Assembly (NCBI GenBank): GCA_040756875.1
Contig: JBFLYH010000001.1
Location: 768,001-832,000, forward strand
Direction of reading: 5' to 3'
Source of the DNA: a candidate division FCPU426 bacterium
GTDB taxonomy: Bacteria; Oederibacteriota; JAAXVQ01; JAUVAV01
Length of the DNA: 64,000 nt
The notes beneath the pieces are model-generated. The model searched no databases. It was given only the letters and a program-made list of their open reading frames with translations, and was not told the origin of the DNA. The number at the start of each line of letters is the position of its first letter. Position 1 is the first letter of the stretch. The position numbers and the translations under genes were made by a program. Positions 21,187-31,181 of the stretch are shown piece after piece.

Positions 21187-23118
21187 TTACAGTTCAGCCG
21201 ACTTGCTCTCGTCCTTTTCCTTGATATTCTTAATGATGTCCGCAACGGGAATGGCACCGCGGTTTTCTCCAGTGCGGATCCGCACAGCGGCGGCGTTCTG
21301 TTCGACTTCCCTGTCTCCCACCACCAGCATATAGGGGATTTTTTCCAACTGGGCATCGCGGATTTTTCCGTTGATTTTTTCACTGCGAAGGTCCGCATCC
21401 GCGCGGACTCCGGCTGTCCGGAGTTGCTTCAGAACCTCCTGGGCAAACGTCTGATGCCGGTCGGCAATGGTCAAAACCCTCGCTTGAACCGGAGCCAGCC
21501 AGACCGGGAAAGCGCCGGCATAATGCTCCAATAAAACGCCGAAGAACCGTTCCAGTGATCCCATCAGAGCGCGGTGGATCATGATCGGCCGGTGTTCTTT
21601 GCCATCTTCGCCGATATAATTCATATCAAATCGTTCAGGTTCATTGAAATCCACTTGAACCGTCGAACATTGCCAGGTCCGGCCCAGGCTATCTTTGATT
21701 TTAATGTCGATTTTCGGCCCATAAAAAGCGCCGCCGCCCTCGTCCACGCCATAGGACATGCCGGAAAGGTCCAACGCCTTCCTGAGGGCCGCCGTGGCTT
21801 CCGCCCACCCTTGTTCCGTGCCCACCGATCCCTGCTTGGGCATGGTGGCCAAATATACTTCGTATTCCGTGAATCCGAAGGTTTTCAGCACGAAGAGAAT
21901 GAAGCGAATGACTTCCTGAACTTCGCTTTCCAACTGCTCCCGGGTGCAAAAAATATGGGCGTCATCCTGCGTGAAACCCCGCACGCGGAACAGGCCGTGC
22001 AGCACGCCGGATTTTTCGTAGCGGTAAACCGTGCCCAATTCAGCCCAGCGCATCGGCAATTGGCGGTAACTCCGCACGTCTGTTTTGTAAATCTTGATGT
22101 GAAAAGGACAGTTCATAGGCTTGATGTAATAATCGTTTTCATCGATCGCCATCGGCGAATACATGGACTCGCGGTAGAAGCCCAGATGCCCCGAGGTTTC
22201 CCACAAGTGCGCTTTGCCGATGTGCGGCGTGAATAAAAGGTCGTATCCGTTGGCCAGGTGTTCGTTTCGCCAAAAATCCTCCATTACTTTTCTGATCAAG
22301 GCCCCTTTGGGATGCCAATAAACCAGGCCTGCGCCGGCATCTTCGTGCAGGGAGAAAAGATCCAGCTCCTTGCCCAGCCGCCGGTGGTCGCGGCGTTTGG
22401 CCTCTTCCAACCGTTTAAGATAATCCTCGAGCGCCGCCGGCTGGTCGAAACTGGTGCCGTAAATCCGCTGCAGCATTTTGTTCCGTTCGTCGCCTCGCCA
22501 ATATGCCCCTGCCACCGACAGCAATTTGAACGCCCGCATGAATCCCGAATGTGGCACATGCGGCCCCCGGCACAAATCCAGAAAATTTCCCAAGGTGTAC
22601 AGGGAGACTTCGCCCTCGGCGATGGCGTCCAACAACTCCAGCTTGTAGGTCTCCCCCGTTTCGGTGAAAATCCGCCGGGCTTCCTCCTTGCTGACTACCT
22701 GTCGTGTAAACGGCAATTTTTGCGAGGCCAGGTCCCGCATTTTCGCTTCAATCGCCTGCAGGTCATCCGGGGTAAACGGCTGTTCGCGGTCGAAATCGTA
22801 ATAGAACCCATCCTCGATGGACGGCCCGATGGTGACTTTGGTTTGAGGATATAGTTCCTTGACGGCGGCGGCCATGAGATGGGCCGTGGAATGGCGCAGG
22901 ATTTCCAAGCCTTCCGGCGCACTCGCCGTCAGGGGCTGGAAAATGTGCTCCCCAGCGGGAACGGCGCGGTGCAGATCCAGCGCCATGCCACCTACTTTGA
23001 CGGCCAAGGCGTTTGACGCCGTTTTGGCGTTTAAAGTCTTCAACACCTGGCCCCAGGTCGTACCCTCCGGCACCTCCGTCGGGATACCGTCAGGCAAAGC
23101 CACGCGATAGGCATTCAT
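21187..23118 (-). CDS. thrS: Threonine--tRNA ligase
   Basis: TGS domain, RHSTAHLMA, DLCRGPH, KPMNCP, RVRGFTQDDAH, IHRALMGSLERF; start set at MNAYRV (RBS AAGGAG, ATGA overlap with pssA stop). Confidence 0.97.
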   Translation of the reverse strand: MNAYRVALPDGIPTEVPEGTTWGQVLKTLNAKTASNALAVKVGGMALDLHRAVPAGEHIFQPLTASAPEGLEILRHSTAHLMAAAVKELYPQTKVTIGPSIEDGFYYDFDREQPFTPDDLQAIEAKMRDLASQKLPFTRQVVSKEEARRIFTETGETYKLELLDAIAEGEVSLYTLGNFLDLCRGPHVPHSGFMRAFKLLSVAGAYWRGDERNKMLQRIYGTSFDQPAALEDYLKRLEEAKRRDHRRLGKELDLFSLHEDAGAGLVYWHPKGALIRKVMEDFWRNEHLANGYDLLFTPHIGKAHLWETSGHLGFYRESMYSPMAIDENDYYIKPMNCPFHIKIYKTDVRSYRQLPMRWAELGTVYRYEKSGVLHGLFRVRGFTQDDAHIFCTREQLESEVQEVIRFILFVLKTFGFTEYEVYLATMPKQGSVGTEQGWAEATAALRKALDLSGMSYGVDEGGGAFYGPKIDIKIKDSLGRTWQCSTVQVDFNEPERFDMNYIGEDGKEHRPIMIHRALMGSLERFFGVLLEHYAGAFPVWLAPVQARVLTIADRHQTFAQEVLKQLRTAGVRADADLRSEKINGKIRDAQLEKIPYMLVVGDREVEQNAAAVRIRTGENRGAIPVADIIKNIKEKDESKSAEL

Positions 23119-23951
23119 GAATGGGTTACGCTCCTTGTTATACGATCCTGCCCGGGCTTGGTTTGCAGACCCAAAATCCGGTGCAGAAAATACTGGTACA
23201 TGCCCATGAACAAATACAAGCACAGCACCAGGAGTAAAACCTGCCCCACGGGGAAAATCAGCGAAAGAACCGTGAAAAACAGTATAACGCCGCATAAAAC
23301 CAGCAAATTGCGCCGGTTAATGTGCTTGAAAGCCGGAAAAGGAATGCGGCTGACCATCAAGAAAGCCAAAATGACCATCAGCAAAGCCGTGCCGGTTCCA
23401 AAAACCGCCGGTGGCAGGTTGGAAAACGTCCGGCCGAGAAACCGTGGCGCACCCTCGTAAGCCGGTTCGGCCGTCACCAACGTCAGGGTGCTCATCAAGG
23501 CTGAAGCGGCGGGGATGGGCAAGCCGGTGAAGTAAGGCCAGGCCGGCAGCGGCGAGCTCTCACAATTGAACCTCGCCAGCCTGAAGCCTCCCGCAGTTAA
23601 ATAGGCCAGACAGGCAGCAGCCCGTCCTGTTTCGGGAATGGCATTCAGAAGAGCGGTATAGGACAGCACCGCCGGCCCGATGCCAAAAGAAATGAAATCG
23701 GACAGCGAGTCAATCTTCACTCCAAATTCGCTGACCGTGTTGGTCCAGCGCGCCACCTTGCCGTCGATGAAATCAAAGACCATGGCTGCCAGCAGCAGCC
23801 AGGCTGACAAAGCGTATTCTGCGGCTTCGCGGACTCCGCTGGCGTAGGTTTCCAGCGCCAGGAGAATGGACAACAGCCCGCAAAACAGATTAAAAGCCGT
23901 CAACAAGTTCGGCAGCCAATATGTATGCGGCGCAGGATTCGCCTTAGCCAT
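23115..23951 (-). CDS. pssA: CDP-diacylglycerol--serine O-phosphatidyltransferase
   Basis: LPNLLT, DFIDGKVAR...FGVKIDSLSDFISFG CDP-alcohol phosphatidyltransferase motif, RLARFN, FTGLPIP. Confidence 0.92.
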   Translation of the reverse strand: MAKANPAPHTYWLPNLLTAFNLFCGLLSILLALETYASGVREAAEYALSAWLLLAAMVFDFIDGKVARWTNTVSEFGVKIDSLSDFISFGIGPAVLSYTALLNAIPETGRAAACLAYLTAGGFRLARFNCESSPLPAWPYFTGLPIPAASALMSTLTLVTAEPAYEGAPRFLGRTFSNLPPAVFGTGTALLMVILAFLMVSRIPFPAFKHINRRNLLVLCGVILFFTVLSLIFPVGQVLLLVLCLYLFMGMYQYFLHRILGLQTKPGQDRITRSVTHS

Positions 23952-24615
23952 TTGCAGCCCATTTCCCAAGCACGGTTTCTCCGGCCCGAACCCGGTCCCC
24001 TACCCTGACCTGGATCGAAGCCGACAATGGCAGATAGAGATCGACTTCCGATCCCATCGTAATCATGCCCAAGCGAACGCCGCGTGGATAAACCCGGCCG
24101 GATTGCAGCCAGCACCTCGTCCGTCTCGCCACCAAGCCGGCGATTTGCACAAGCGCATATTTCCCGAATTCGCCTTCAAAAGCGTACCAACACTGCTCAT
24201 TTTCCCGGGCGGCGCGTTCCGACCAGGCCGGCAGCCAGCGTCCTGACTGCTGACGCGTCCACAGCAATTTTCCGGAACCCGGCGTTCGTTGCACGTGGAC
24301 ATTGCCCAGATGCATAAAAACGGCAATACGCTGGGCCGGCCCGCCCATATGACGGAGTTCATTACAGGTTTCGACTGCTACCACCCGTCCGTCAGCCGCC
24401 GACAAAATGAGGTCAGGCGCGGCGGTCGAGCGGCGTTCAGGATCCCTGTAAAAAACCGCTGCGATGATTCCCATGGACAATGACAAAACCCCGAAGCACC
24501 ATACGGCCGGTTGCCAGGCCGGCGGAACCCATCGGCCGACAGCGATGCCGCCGACCGTGACCAAGACGAGGATCGCCAACCATTTGCGACCTTCGGGCGC
24601 GAAAGGCCACCTCAT
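23944..24615 (-). CDS. psd: Phosphatidylserine decarboxylase proenzyme
   Basis: FYRDPER, SAADGRVV, NVHVQR, QIAGLVARR, MGSEVD self-cleavage site; adjacent to pssA. Confidence 0.92.
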   Translation of the reverse strand: MRWPFAPEGRKWLAILVLVTVGGIAVGRWVPPAWQPAVWCFGVLSLSMGIIAAVFYRDPERRSTAAPDLILSAADGRVVAVETCNELRHMGGPAQRIAVFMHLGNVHVQRTPGSGKLLWTRQQSGRWLPAWSERAARENEQCWYAFEGEFGKYALVQIAGLVARRTRCWLQSGRVYPRGVRLGMITMGSEVDLYLPLSASIQVRVGDRVRAGETVLGKWAANG

Positions 24616-25292
24616 GCCCGGGCGGCTTCCCAGATCTGCCGGATGCGCTGCAGGGCGTCCTGGTTTTGCACGGGATCTTCACCGGTCTCCCAAACCCATC
24701 CGCACCAGTTTTCCTCTTCCACCCGTAAAGTCGGTCCGGAAACGGTGACCGGCGGACGTGAAAAAACGCCGTTGAATCCCTCGACAATCTCCCGGCAATC
24801 GCGGGCGGTTAAGAGCAAATAGAGAGTGGGTTGAAACCTTATCAACCGGAAAGCGACCAATTCGTTCCCCACCAGAAAATCCCCGACTACGGCTTGGTGT
24901 CGGAAAGCCCAGTTGGCCGCTTCCAAACTGTATTCGAAAGCCGGAAGCCCAAGTTCGTCCAGACGCTTTTCAATCTCCTCCGCCGTATTCCAAGGAAGGC
25001 CGTCTATCAATCGCCTCAGTGCCGATGGTTCGTCGATTCGGAAAATATTGGTGGATTGCGCCTCTTCCTCGCGGTTTTGCTGCAGCCAATCACGAACTAA
25101 AGCGACAAATGCGTTCCGTTCGTCCGGCTTTATCCCACGAGCCATTGGCATGATTTCCGAAAGAGTGTTCCACAACTGGTTTTCAGACGGCGTAGGAAGG
25201 ACCGGCTCCATGCAGGCATCTCTTTCCCCCGCAACGCCCATGGCAGCGGCCTGGCTGAAGTCTAAGGCCGTAAAGACGTTGCGGAATTTCAT
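24612..25292 (-). CDS. Hypothetical protein (start uncertain, possibly 25212)
   Basis: 226-aa ORF whose stop overlaps the psd start; no recognised motif. Confidence 0.65.
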   Translation of the reverse strand: MKFRNVFTALDFSQAAAMGVAGERDACMEPVLPTPSENQLWNTLSEIMPMARGIKPDERNAFVALVRDWLQQNREEEAQSTNIFRIDEPSALRRLIDGLPWNTAEEIEKRLDELGLPAFEYSLEAANWAFRHQAVVGDFLVGNELVAFRLIRFQPTLYLLLTARDCREIVEGFNGVFSRPPVTVSGPTLRVEEENWCGWVWETGEDPVQNQDALQRIRQIWEAARA

Positions 25293-25441
25293 CCCCAGAC
25301 GGGAATTTCCCCGCGGTCAACCGTGACGAACGGGCGGATACCGCGAGGTTGTTTCATAGTGCCCCGGCTTTCGGCCGCGGGGGTCCACTCTATCGGTTTT
25401 GCGACGGCCATACGAATTCGCGGGATGATCCGGGGCGGGAG

Positions 25442-26203
25442 TCAGCCGCCGATGCGGCTGCGCAGTTTCTCCATTAAGGCATCCGGTATATCGAAATTAG
25501 CATGTACTTTCTGCACATCGTCATGATCTTCCAGGGATTCTACCAGCGCCAGAAGCTGCTCCGCGGTCTTTTCATCCTCGACCGCAACGACATTTTTCGG
25601 CACCAGGGTCACTTCCGCCGACTCCGGTTCAAGCTTGGCTTTGACCGCCTGATAGACGGTTTCGAATTCACGCGGCCCCGTGGATACGGTGAAGGAATTT
25701 TCTTCACCGGTCACATCATCGGCGCCCGCTTCCAAAGCAATGGCGATCAATTCATCTTCCTGAATTGATTGACGCGGCACTACGATTTGCCCTTTTTTCT
25801 CGAACATCCAGGCTACGCTGCCCGGCTCGCCCATATTGCCGTTGCGTTTCGAAAAAAGTGCGCGGATGTCCGAAGCGGAACGGTTTTTATTATCTGTCGT
25901 TACTTCAACCATGATGGCTACACCGCCCGGCCCGTACCCTTCATAGACAATATCCTCCAACGTGTCGGTTACCAGTTCCCCAGTTCCCTTCATAACGGCT
26001 TTTTTTATGTTGTCCTGGGGCATGTTGACGGCGCGGGCCGCCAGAATAGCGCTACGCAAACGCGGATTCATATCGGGATTGCCGCCGCCGATTTTGGCTG
26101 CCTGGATGATTTCGCGGGTCACTTTGGTGAACATCTTCCCGCGTTTGGCGTCAACCGCCGCCTTGGCCCTTTTTATCGTGGCCCATTTCGAATGACCGGA
26201 CAT
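25442..26203 (-). CDS. yebC: YebC/PmpR family protein
   Basis: MSGHSKW start, NPRLR, YEGYGPGG, TDNKNR, DDVQKVHAN. Confidence 0.95.
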   Translation of the reverse strand: MSGHSKWATIKRAKAAVDAKRGKMFTKVTREIIQAAKIGGGNPDMNPRLRSAILAARAVNMPQDNIKKAVMKGTGELVTDTLEDIVYEGYGPGGVAIMVEVTTDNKNRSASDIRALFSKRNGNMGEPGSVAWMFEKKGQIVVPRQSIQEDELIAIALEAGADDVTGEENSFTVSTGPREFETVYQAVKAKLEPESAEVTLVPKNVVAVEDEKTAEQLLALVESLEDHDDVQKVHANFDIPDALMEKLRSRIGG

Positions 26204-26330
26204 ATCAGGATGCCTCCCAGCCGAAAAAGATAGTGGAATTATACCTTTTTTCACTGGCTTGTAAAGCGAAAAGCCCCCATGCGTGCAAGCCTTTCAGCAT
26301 AAAAAATCTTCATTCGCAGAGCTTTTTTTC

Positions 26331-26360
26331 TTGACATTATATTATAATATTATATATTAT
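26331..26360 (+). promoter_or_regulatory. sigma70-type promoter with AT-rich palindromic core
   Basis: Perfect TTGACA at 26331; TATATT/TATTAT at 16-18 bp spacing; GGAGG RBS at 26378. Confidence 0.55.
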
Positions 26361-26387
26361 CTTATATGATATTAATTGGAGGCGGAT

Positions 26388-26570
26388 ATGATCGTCAATT
26401 TCTATTTACCGGATAGCGATGCCAAATTGCTGGAGTTGGTCAAATCCGTTTCAGGTCAAAAGAGACGTAGCGTCAGTTATGTCGTGCGTGAAGCGCTTGA
26501 GTACTATCTGCTCCATACCCAGCGCAGTCAGGTGGCCCAACGCCATCTAAAAAACAAAAAGGAGGTTTGA
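26388..26570 (+). CDS. Ribbon-helix-helix (CopG-like) DNA-binding protein
   Basis: N-terminal beta strand VNFYLP followed by two helices (RSVSYVVREALEYYL); RBS upstream of the ATG. Confidence 0.7.
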   Translation: MIVNFYLPDSDAKLLELVKSVSGQKRRSVSYVVREALEYYLLHTQRSQVAQRHLKNKKEV

Positions 26571-26947
26571 ACAGCATGACCCGTCATCAACGTTCTGATG
26601 AGCGTATCTCCGTGGATTTGCCGATCACCTTCACCTATGAAAATGAGAACCTTCAGCACAAGATTTCATCTCGGGGAAGAATACAAGATATCAGCTTAAA
26701 CGGGATGAAAGTGGAGCTTCCCTTATCTGCAGAATTGATTGAAAACCACGCATTGGACTTCGCAGTCGAACTTCCCAACCCTTTTATGCAGATCAAGGGA
26801 CATGGAAAAATCCAATGGAAAAAGTGGGACGCCGAGCGTAATTGCACGACCTGCGGGTTAAAACTGGAACCCATGACATTGAAGCAGCTATCCGAATTGG
26901 ATATCATTATTAGCGAAGTAACGGCGGATAGCTTAAAAAAGTCCTAG
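26567..26947 (+). CDS. PilZ domain (c-di-GMP-binding) protein
   Basis: RxxxR (QRSDER) and DxSxxG (DISLNG) motifs. Confidence 0.85.
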   Translation: MNSMTRHQRSDERISVDLPITFTYENENLQHKISSRGRIQDISLNGMKVELPLSAELIENHALDFAVELPNPFMQIKGHGKIQWKKWDAERNCTTCGLKLEPMTLKQLSELDIIISEVTADSLKKS

Positions 26948-27004
26948 CTTTATTAGCGCACCTTGCCCGTTAAACACTAAATGGGCTAATGACTTTTTAG
27001 CTGA

Positions 27005-27442
27005 TCAAACGGGGATTTCTTCGTCCATTTCGTATTCTACAAGGAAATGTTTGAGAAGTTTTCGGCGCTGGCGTTCAATGTCAATGAACGCCAAACCAAT
27101 TTTGTATTGGGTCTCTCCTACTCTGCGGCACCATACTACTCGACACAGTATGGTGATCGGCAGGCATTCCGTTTCACAATATTCCCGTGGTTGCTCCGCA
27201 GGCGGATGTGCGTACTGAAACTGCGGAAGATAAAGAATAACTGTCAACAATTGATCGGGCACATACTCATTTCGGCTATGTATGGCCATTCCGCCCGCTC
27301 CGACATCCAGAGCCAAACTTTTAACGGGTTTCGGCAATTCCCCGGATTTCAAGGGAGCCATTCGCAGCCTGAGTTTGAAGCGATGGCGGGGATATTTGCG
27401 ATTCTCTACCTCGACATCACCGCGATCGGTTTGCACTGCCAT
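27005..27442 (-). CDS. PilZ domain protein
   Basis: NRKYPR and DVGAGG motifs, CRVVWCR, IGLAF. Confidence 0.85.
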   Translation of the reverse strand: MAVQTDRGDVEVENRKYPRHRFKLRLRMAPLKSGELPKPVKSLALDVGAGGMAIHSRNEYVPDQLLTVILYLPQFQYAHPPAEQPREYCETECLPITILCRVVWCRRVGETQYKIGLAFIDIERQRRKLLKHFLVEYEMDEEIPV

Positions 27443-27522
27443 TGGTTGCGTTTTCCTCCCTTACTTATTGCGCTTTTCTATCTTTTCTAAGTTTATCCGA
27501 TATTTCACGGATTGCCAGTATA

Positions 27523-28131
27523 TTATCCTGCCGTTGGTTCTGCCGGATAGGTTGCCACAACTAATTCCTCCGTTTCCTTTAGCCACTTTTCCCTTTCTTC
27601 GAACGTGCTGGTTATCACTACTCCAAACATGCGACGGGTGACCTGCTTTATTCCGCAATATTCAAGGATGCATTTCTTCCAGATTGCTTCCAAGGGGTCA
27701 CCCATATTTGAGATTTCACGCTCTCGGGGAGTATCGGAAGTGTTTAAAATCAGGGCCTTTTCAATCCCCAACAATCCCTCTGGAATTCCCTCCCCTTGAT
27801 CACCTGGTAAAAAACGGTAGGCCACGCCTGATCTAAATACTCTGTCCACCCAGCCTTTAAGAATGGCAGGAGGTTGCCCCCACCAATTGGGATGAATAAT
27901 AACCAAGCCTTGAGCGTTCTGTAGATCACAGCAATGATTTTCAATCACTGAATCAACCGGATTTCGTCCGGCTATTTCACTGCCGGACATGACGCAGGGG
28001 AATTGTTCAGCGTACAGATCATGCAGTAAAATGGAATGCCCCAATTTTTTCAAGGTCTCCATTACACGCCGGGCGATCGCATGATTCAAGCTTTTAGGTT
28101 CAGGGTGTGCCAATATCAGTAGTATCCGCAT
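27523..28131 (-). CDS. NAD(P)H-dependent oxidoreductase, flavodoxin-2 family
   Basis: LAHPEPKSLN, DLYAE, PNWWGQPPAILKGWVDRVF. Confidence 0.92.
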   Translation of the reverse strand: MRILLILAHPEPKSLNHAIARRVMETLKKLGHSILLHDLYAEQFPCVMSGSEIAGRNPVDSVIENHCCDLQNAQGLVIIHPNWWGQPPAILKGWVDRVFRSGVAYRFLPGDQGEGIPEGLLGIEKALILNTSDTPREREISNMGDPLEAIWKKCILEYCGIKQVTRRMFGVVITSTFEEREKWLKETEELVVATYPAEPTAG

Positions 28132-28163
28132 TATTTCTCCACCATCATGGTTTTCTAATCAAA

Positions 28164-28562
28164 TTATGCCGAGGCCAGGGAGGGAAACATCTTGGCTTCA
28201 ACGGCCGATAATAATTCATTTGGACGAAACGGCCGCGGAAGGAGCGTGTCGATCATTTCCGGCAGATCCTGTGGAATGTTTTCCATGAAGGGTTTGCAAA
28301 TTTGAGTGCCAATGAGAATGATCGGCAGTTCTTGCTTTGACCAACGCCGTCGTATTTGGCGAAGCCAATCAAGCTCAATCTCGGATTTGGCGGAAGCACA
28401 TGCAGCCACCAAAAGTTCCGGGCGGAATTGTTCAATCAAGCGCAGGGCGTCTTCCCTTTCATGAACGCGCATGGCTTTACATTTGAATTCCGACTCCAAT
28501 ACCATCGCCAGACCGTCGGCCACTTCTTGATTTTGATCAAAAACCAGTATTTTCTTCATCAT
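28164..28562 (-). CDS. Single-domain response regulator-like (atypical receiver)
   Basis: KKILVFD..PELLVAA..LPIILI..RPF fold; the phospho-Asp and conserved Lys are substituted. Confidence 0.75.
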   Translation of the reverse strand: MMKKILVFDQNQEVADGLAMVLESEFKCKAMRVHEREDALRLIEQFRPELLVAACASAKSEIELDWLRQIRRRWSKQELPIILIGTQICKPFMENIPQDLPEMIDTLLPRPFRPNELLSAVEAKMFPSLASA

Positions 28563-28771
28563 TCGGGAATTCCGTCAGATTGTCTACTCCACCTTTTTAA
28601 TCTCTTTTAATGCAAAAGGCAATCTTTTTTACGGGATTTCTCCCCATTCACAAAGCTTTTCCGATTTTTCGGTTTGAAGATTTATTGTATTTTTTCAAGG
28701 CTAAAAGCCTAAGGGAGGGGTTATATTAAGTCGTTACTAAAAGCATCTATTCCTCTGAGGGCGGAGCTTTA

Positions 28772-31066
28772 ATGCTTTTTTCCAATCCGTACGGCATCCC
28801 AGTGCTACTTTCAGGTCTTCTCGTCCTGGGAGTGGCTATTTATAGTCTGCGTTCAACCAACCGAATTAATAAAGCCTTTGGATTTATCGGCATTTCACTC
28901 TCTTTGTATCTGTTGGGAATGCTTCCGTACTATTATCCACTTTATCTATCCTGGACTCCTCTTTTCAAGATACCTTTTCTGGGGTCGATTTCCCTGCCAT
29001 TGGCCTTTTTCTATTTCACTCTCGTGTTTCTGGGAGAACTTCCCCGCCTGCGTATACTACTTTATTGCGCTATTTGTATAGATGCGTTCGTTATTCTGTC
29101 TGCAGAATTCAATTTGGGATTCTGCCGCGACAATAAGACTTTCTTTTTCGGCGAGTATATGCAGTTCGCTGGTATGGGTTATTTCTTCACGGCTTTTTTT
29201 ATAGCCCTCTATTTTTTATCCTTAGCATTACTTTATCGAGCATATCGCCAGGCCACCTGGCAAACCCACCGGCGCAGACTTCTTTTTATCCTATTAGGGT
29301 TCAGTTTAATCATTTTAGGTTCCGTTGACTTTGTGCCAACTTTCGGATTGGAAATATACCCCTTCGGCTGGTTGATCGCCGCGGTGGCCATGGGCTTTTT
29401 AGCGTATGCACTTTTTGTTTTTCGAGTTGCCGAAGTTGAAGCGACGGTCATTAAAATCGGGACCTGGATAATGGCATTGCTAGCCGTTACGATCCCTTAC
29501 ATCGCACTCGTATGGCTTTATTTGAAAATGTATAATTCTTTTTCATTTAGTTCACTTTTTTGGCATTTATGCGGCAGCTTCATTCTGATGGCCTCGCTAT
29601 TGCCTATTATCCGCCGTTGGCTTCGCGCGAGGCAAACGGCATATGTCATGGTGTTGGAAAGGGTTTTAAAAGAAATCGCCTCCCTTCAAAACCCTTTAAA
29701 ATTAGTCCAGTCCATTCGTACAACTCTGGAATCAACGTTGGCTGTCGAATCGGTGACTATTATTATCCGCGAGAACATTCGCAATCAGTACTACGCCTAT
29801 CTGGCTGACGGCAGCCGTCATGAAGCGCCCCCGATTTTAATACCCTTTCTTCCCTATTTATCCACCCACCCCCGCACATTGCTGCGCTACGATGTTACGC
29901 TGGATCCGAATTATGCCGCTATACGCCCGTTGGCATTGCCCGCCTTCGAAGCACTCCACGCCCAATTGTTCCTGCCCCTGGTCAAGGGAGACATGCTGAT
30001 GGGACTCATCAGCTTCGGCGAAAAGAAAAACCAAGGAATCCTCCAAGCCAGCGAACTGGAATTTCTTGCCCGCTTGCAACCACTGGCTGCCATCGCTTTA
30101 AACAATGCGTATTTTTACAATCACATCCAGCAGTTAAATCAAGCCCTACTCGAAACCAATCAATCACTTAACGCGAGGGTAAAAGCCAGAACACAGGAAT
30201 TGGAAATTGCCCTGGACGAAACCAAGCGTTTAAACGAAGAACAGAGCCGTTTTTTCGAACTGGCGTCCCATAATTTGGGCACTCCCTTTACTGCCGTAAA
30301 AGTCGCTTTTATGATTCTTAAGAAACAATTCCCGGATTTGGAAACCGACCTTTATGACATCATTTATAAAAACCTTCTGCGCCTGGAATTGTTGATTCAA
30401 AACATTCTCCTGATTTCGCTGGCGGAAAACAACCGCCTGCAACTTGATATCGTGCCCATTCCCATCGAAAAAACCGTTTTGGATACCTTCGCGAAGGTGC
30501 GGGCCCTCTATCCCGAGATGGACGTTGATTTCGAGTTCAACGGCGACCCGGAGCTGGTTTTTATCAACGGTGATTATATGCGGATACGTACAGTTCTGTT
30601 CAATCTGCTTTCCAACGCAATGAAATACTCGGAATCTCCGGCCAGCATACAAATCCAGGTCCGTAAACTTGTCCGCCCCTCGCCGGAATATGATTCGGGC
30701 ATTGGCGGGCATTCATTTCCTCGCCATTTTGCCGAAATTATCATCGCTGATCACGGCGAAGGCATCGGCGCCGAGGAATTGAAATACATTTTCCAAAAAT
30801 TCAATCAAACTAACAACCGCAAACAATACACCGGGCACGGCCTGGGTTTGCATTTGGCAAAAAAAATCATTGAGTATCACGGCGGAAGAATGCGGGTCAC
30901 AAGCACTCCCGGCAAAGGTTCAACCTTCGCTTTCTGTCTACCGTTACACCCCGAAAACTACGAACCTCCGGAATCGTTGGAAACCCGTGAAATCATTTCG
31001 AATCTTCCGCTCGCCATCATGCGCGAGTTGCATTCCGAGTTGGATCAAAACAAAGGGAACCCCTGA
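28772..31066 (+). CDS. Membrane sensor histidine kinase (multi-TM N-terminus, GAF, HisKA, HATPase)
   Basis: About 9 TM segments, SHNLGTP H-box, NLLSNAMKY, DHGEGI, GHGLGL. Confidence 0.9.
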   Translation: MLFSNPYGIPVLLSGLLVLGVAIYSLRSTNRINKAFGFIGISLSLYLLGMLPYYYPLYLSWTPLFKIPFLGSISLPLAFFYFTLVFLGELPRLRILLYCAICIDAFVILSAEFNLGFCRDNKTFFFGEYMQFAGMGYFFTAFFIALYFLSLALLYRAYRQATWQTHRRRLLFILLGFSLIILGSVDFVPTFGLEIYPFGWLIAAVAMGFLAYALFVFRVAEVEATVIKIGTWIMALLAVTIPYIALVWLYLKMYNSFSFSSLFWHLCGSFILMASLLPIIRRWLRARQTAYVMVLERVLKEIASLQNPLKLVQSIRTTLESTLAVESVTIIIRENIRNQYYAYLADGSRHEAPPILIPFLPYLSTHPRTLLRYDVTLDPNYAAIRPLALPAFEALHAQLFLPLVKGDMLMGLISFGEKKNQGILQASELEFLARLQPLAAIALNNAYFYNHIQQLNQALLETNQSLNARVKARTQELEIALDETKRLNEEQSRFFELASHNLGTPFTAVKVAFMILKKQFPDLETDLYDIIYKNLLRLELLIQNILLISLAENNRLQLDIVPIPIEKTVLDTFAKVRALYPEMDVDFEFNGDPELVFINGDYMRIRTVLFNLLSNAMKYSESPASIQIQVRKLVRPSPEYDSGIGGHSFPRHFAEIIIADHGEGIGAEELKYIFQKFNQTNNRKQYTGHGLGLHLAKKIIEYHGGRMRVTSTPGKGSTFAFCLPLHPENYEPPESLETREIISNLPLAIMRELHSELDQNKGNP

Positions 31067-31181
31067 CGCCTTCCTCTTCGTTCCGCCCTCCCGCGCCCAA
31101 ACCTCCCCGACGAACGTTAACCCTTTACAAGCTCGCCTCGCGTGTTTATAATACGCCGATTAAATTTCCCACGGAGCCCAA

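Noticed and set aside
23119-23295. N-terminal extension of thrS in the ORF track (702 aa)
   Set aside because: Overlaps pssA; the RBS and TGS domain indicate a start at 23118
25328-25346. GGGCGGATACCGCG resembling a T-box motif upstream of the thrS-containing run
   Set aside because: Wrong strand, imperfect, three genes away from thrS, and no stem I or terminator
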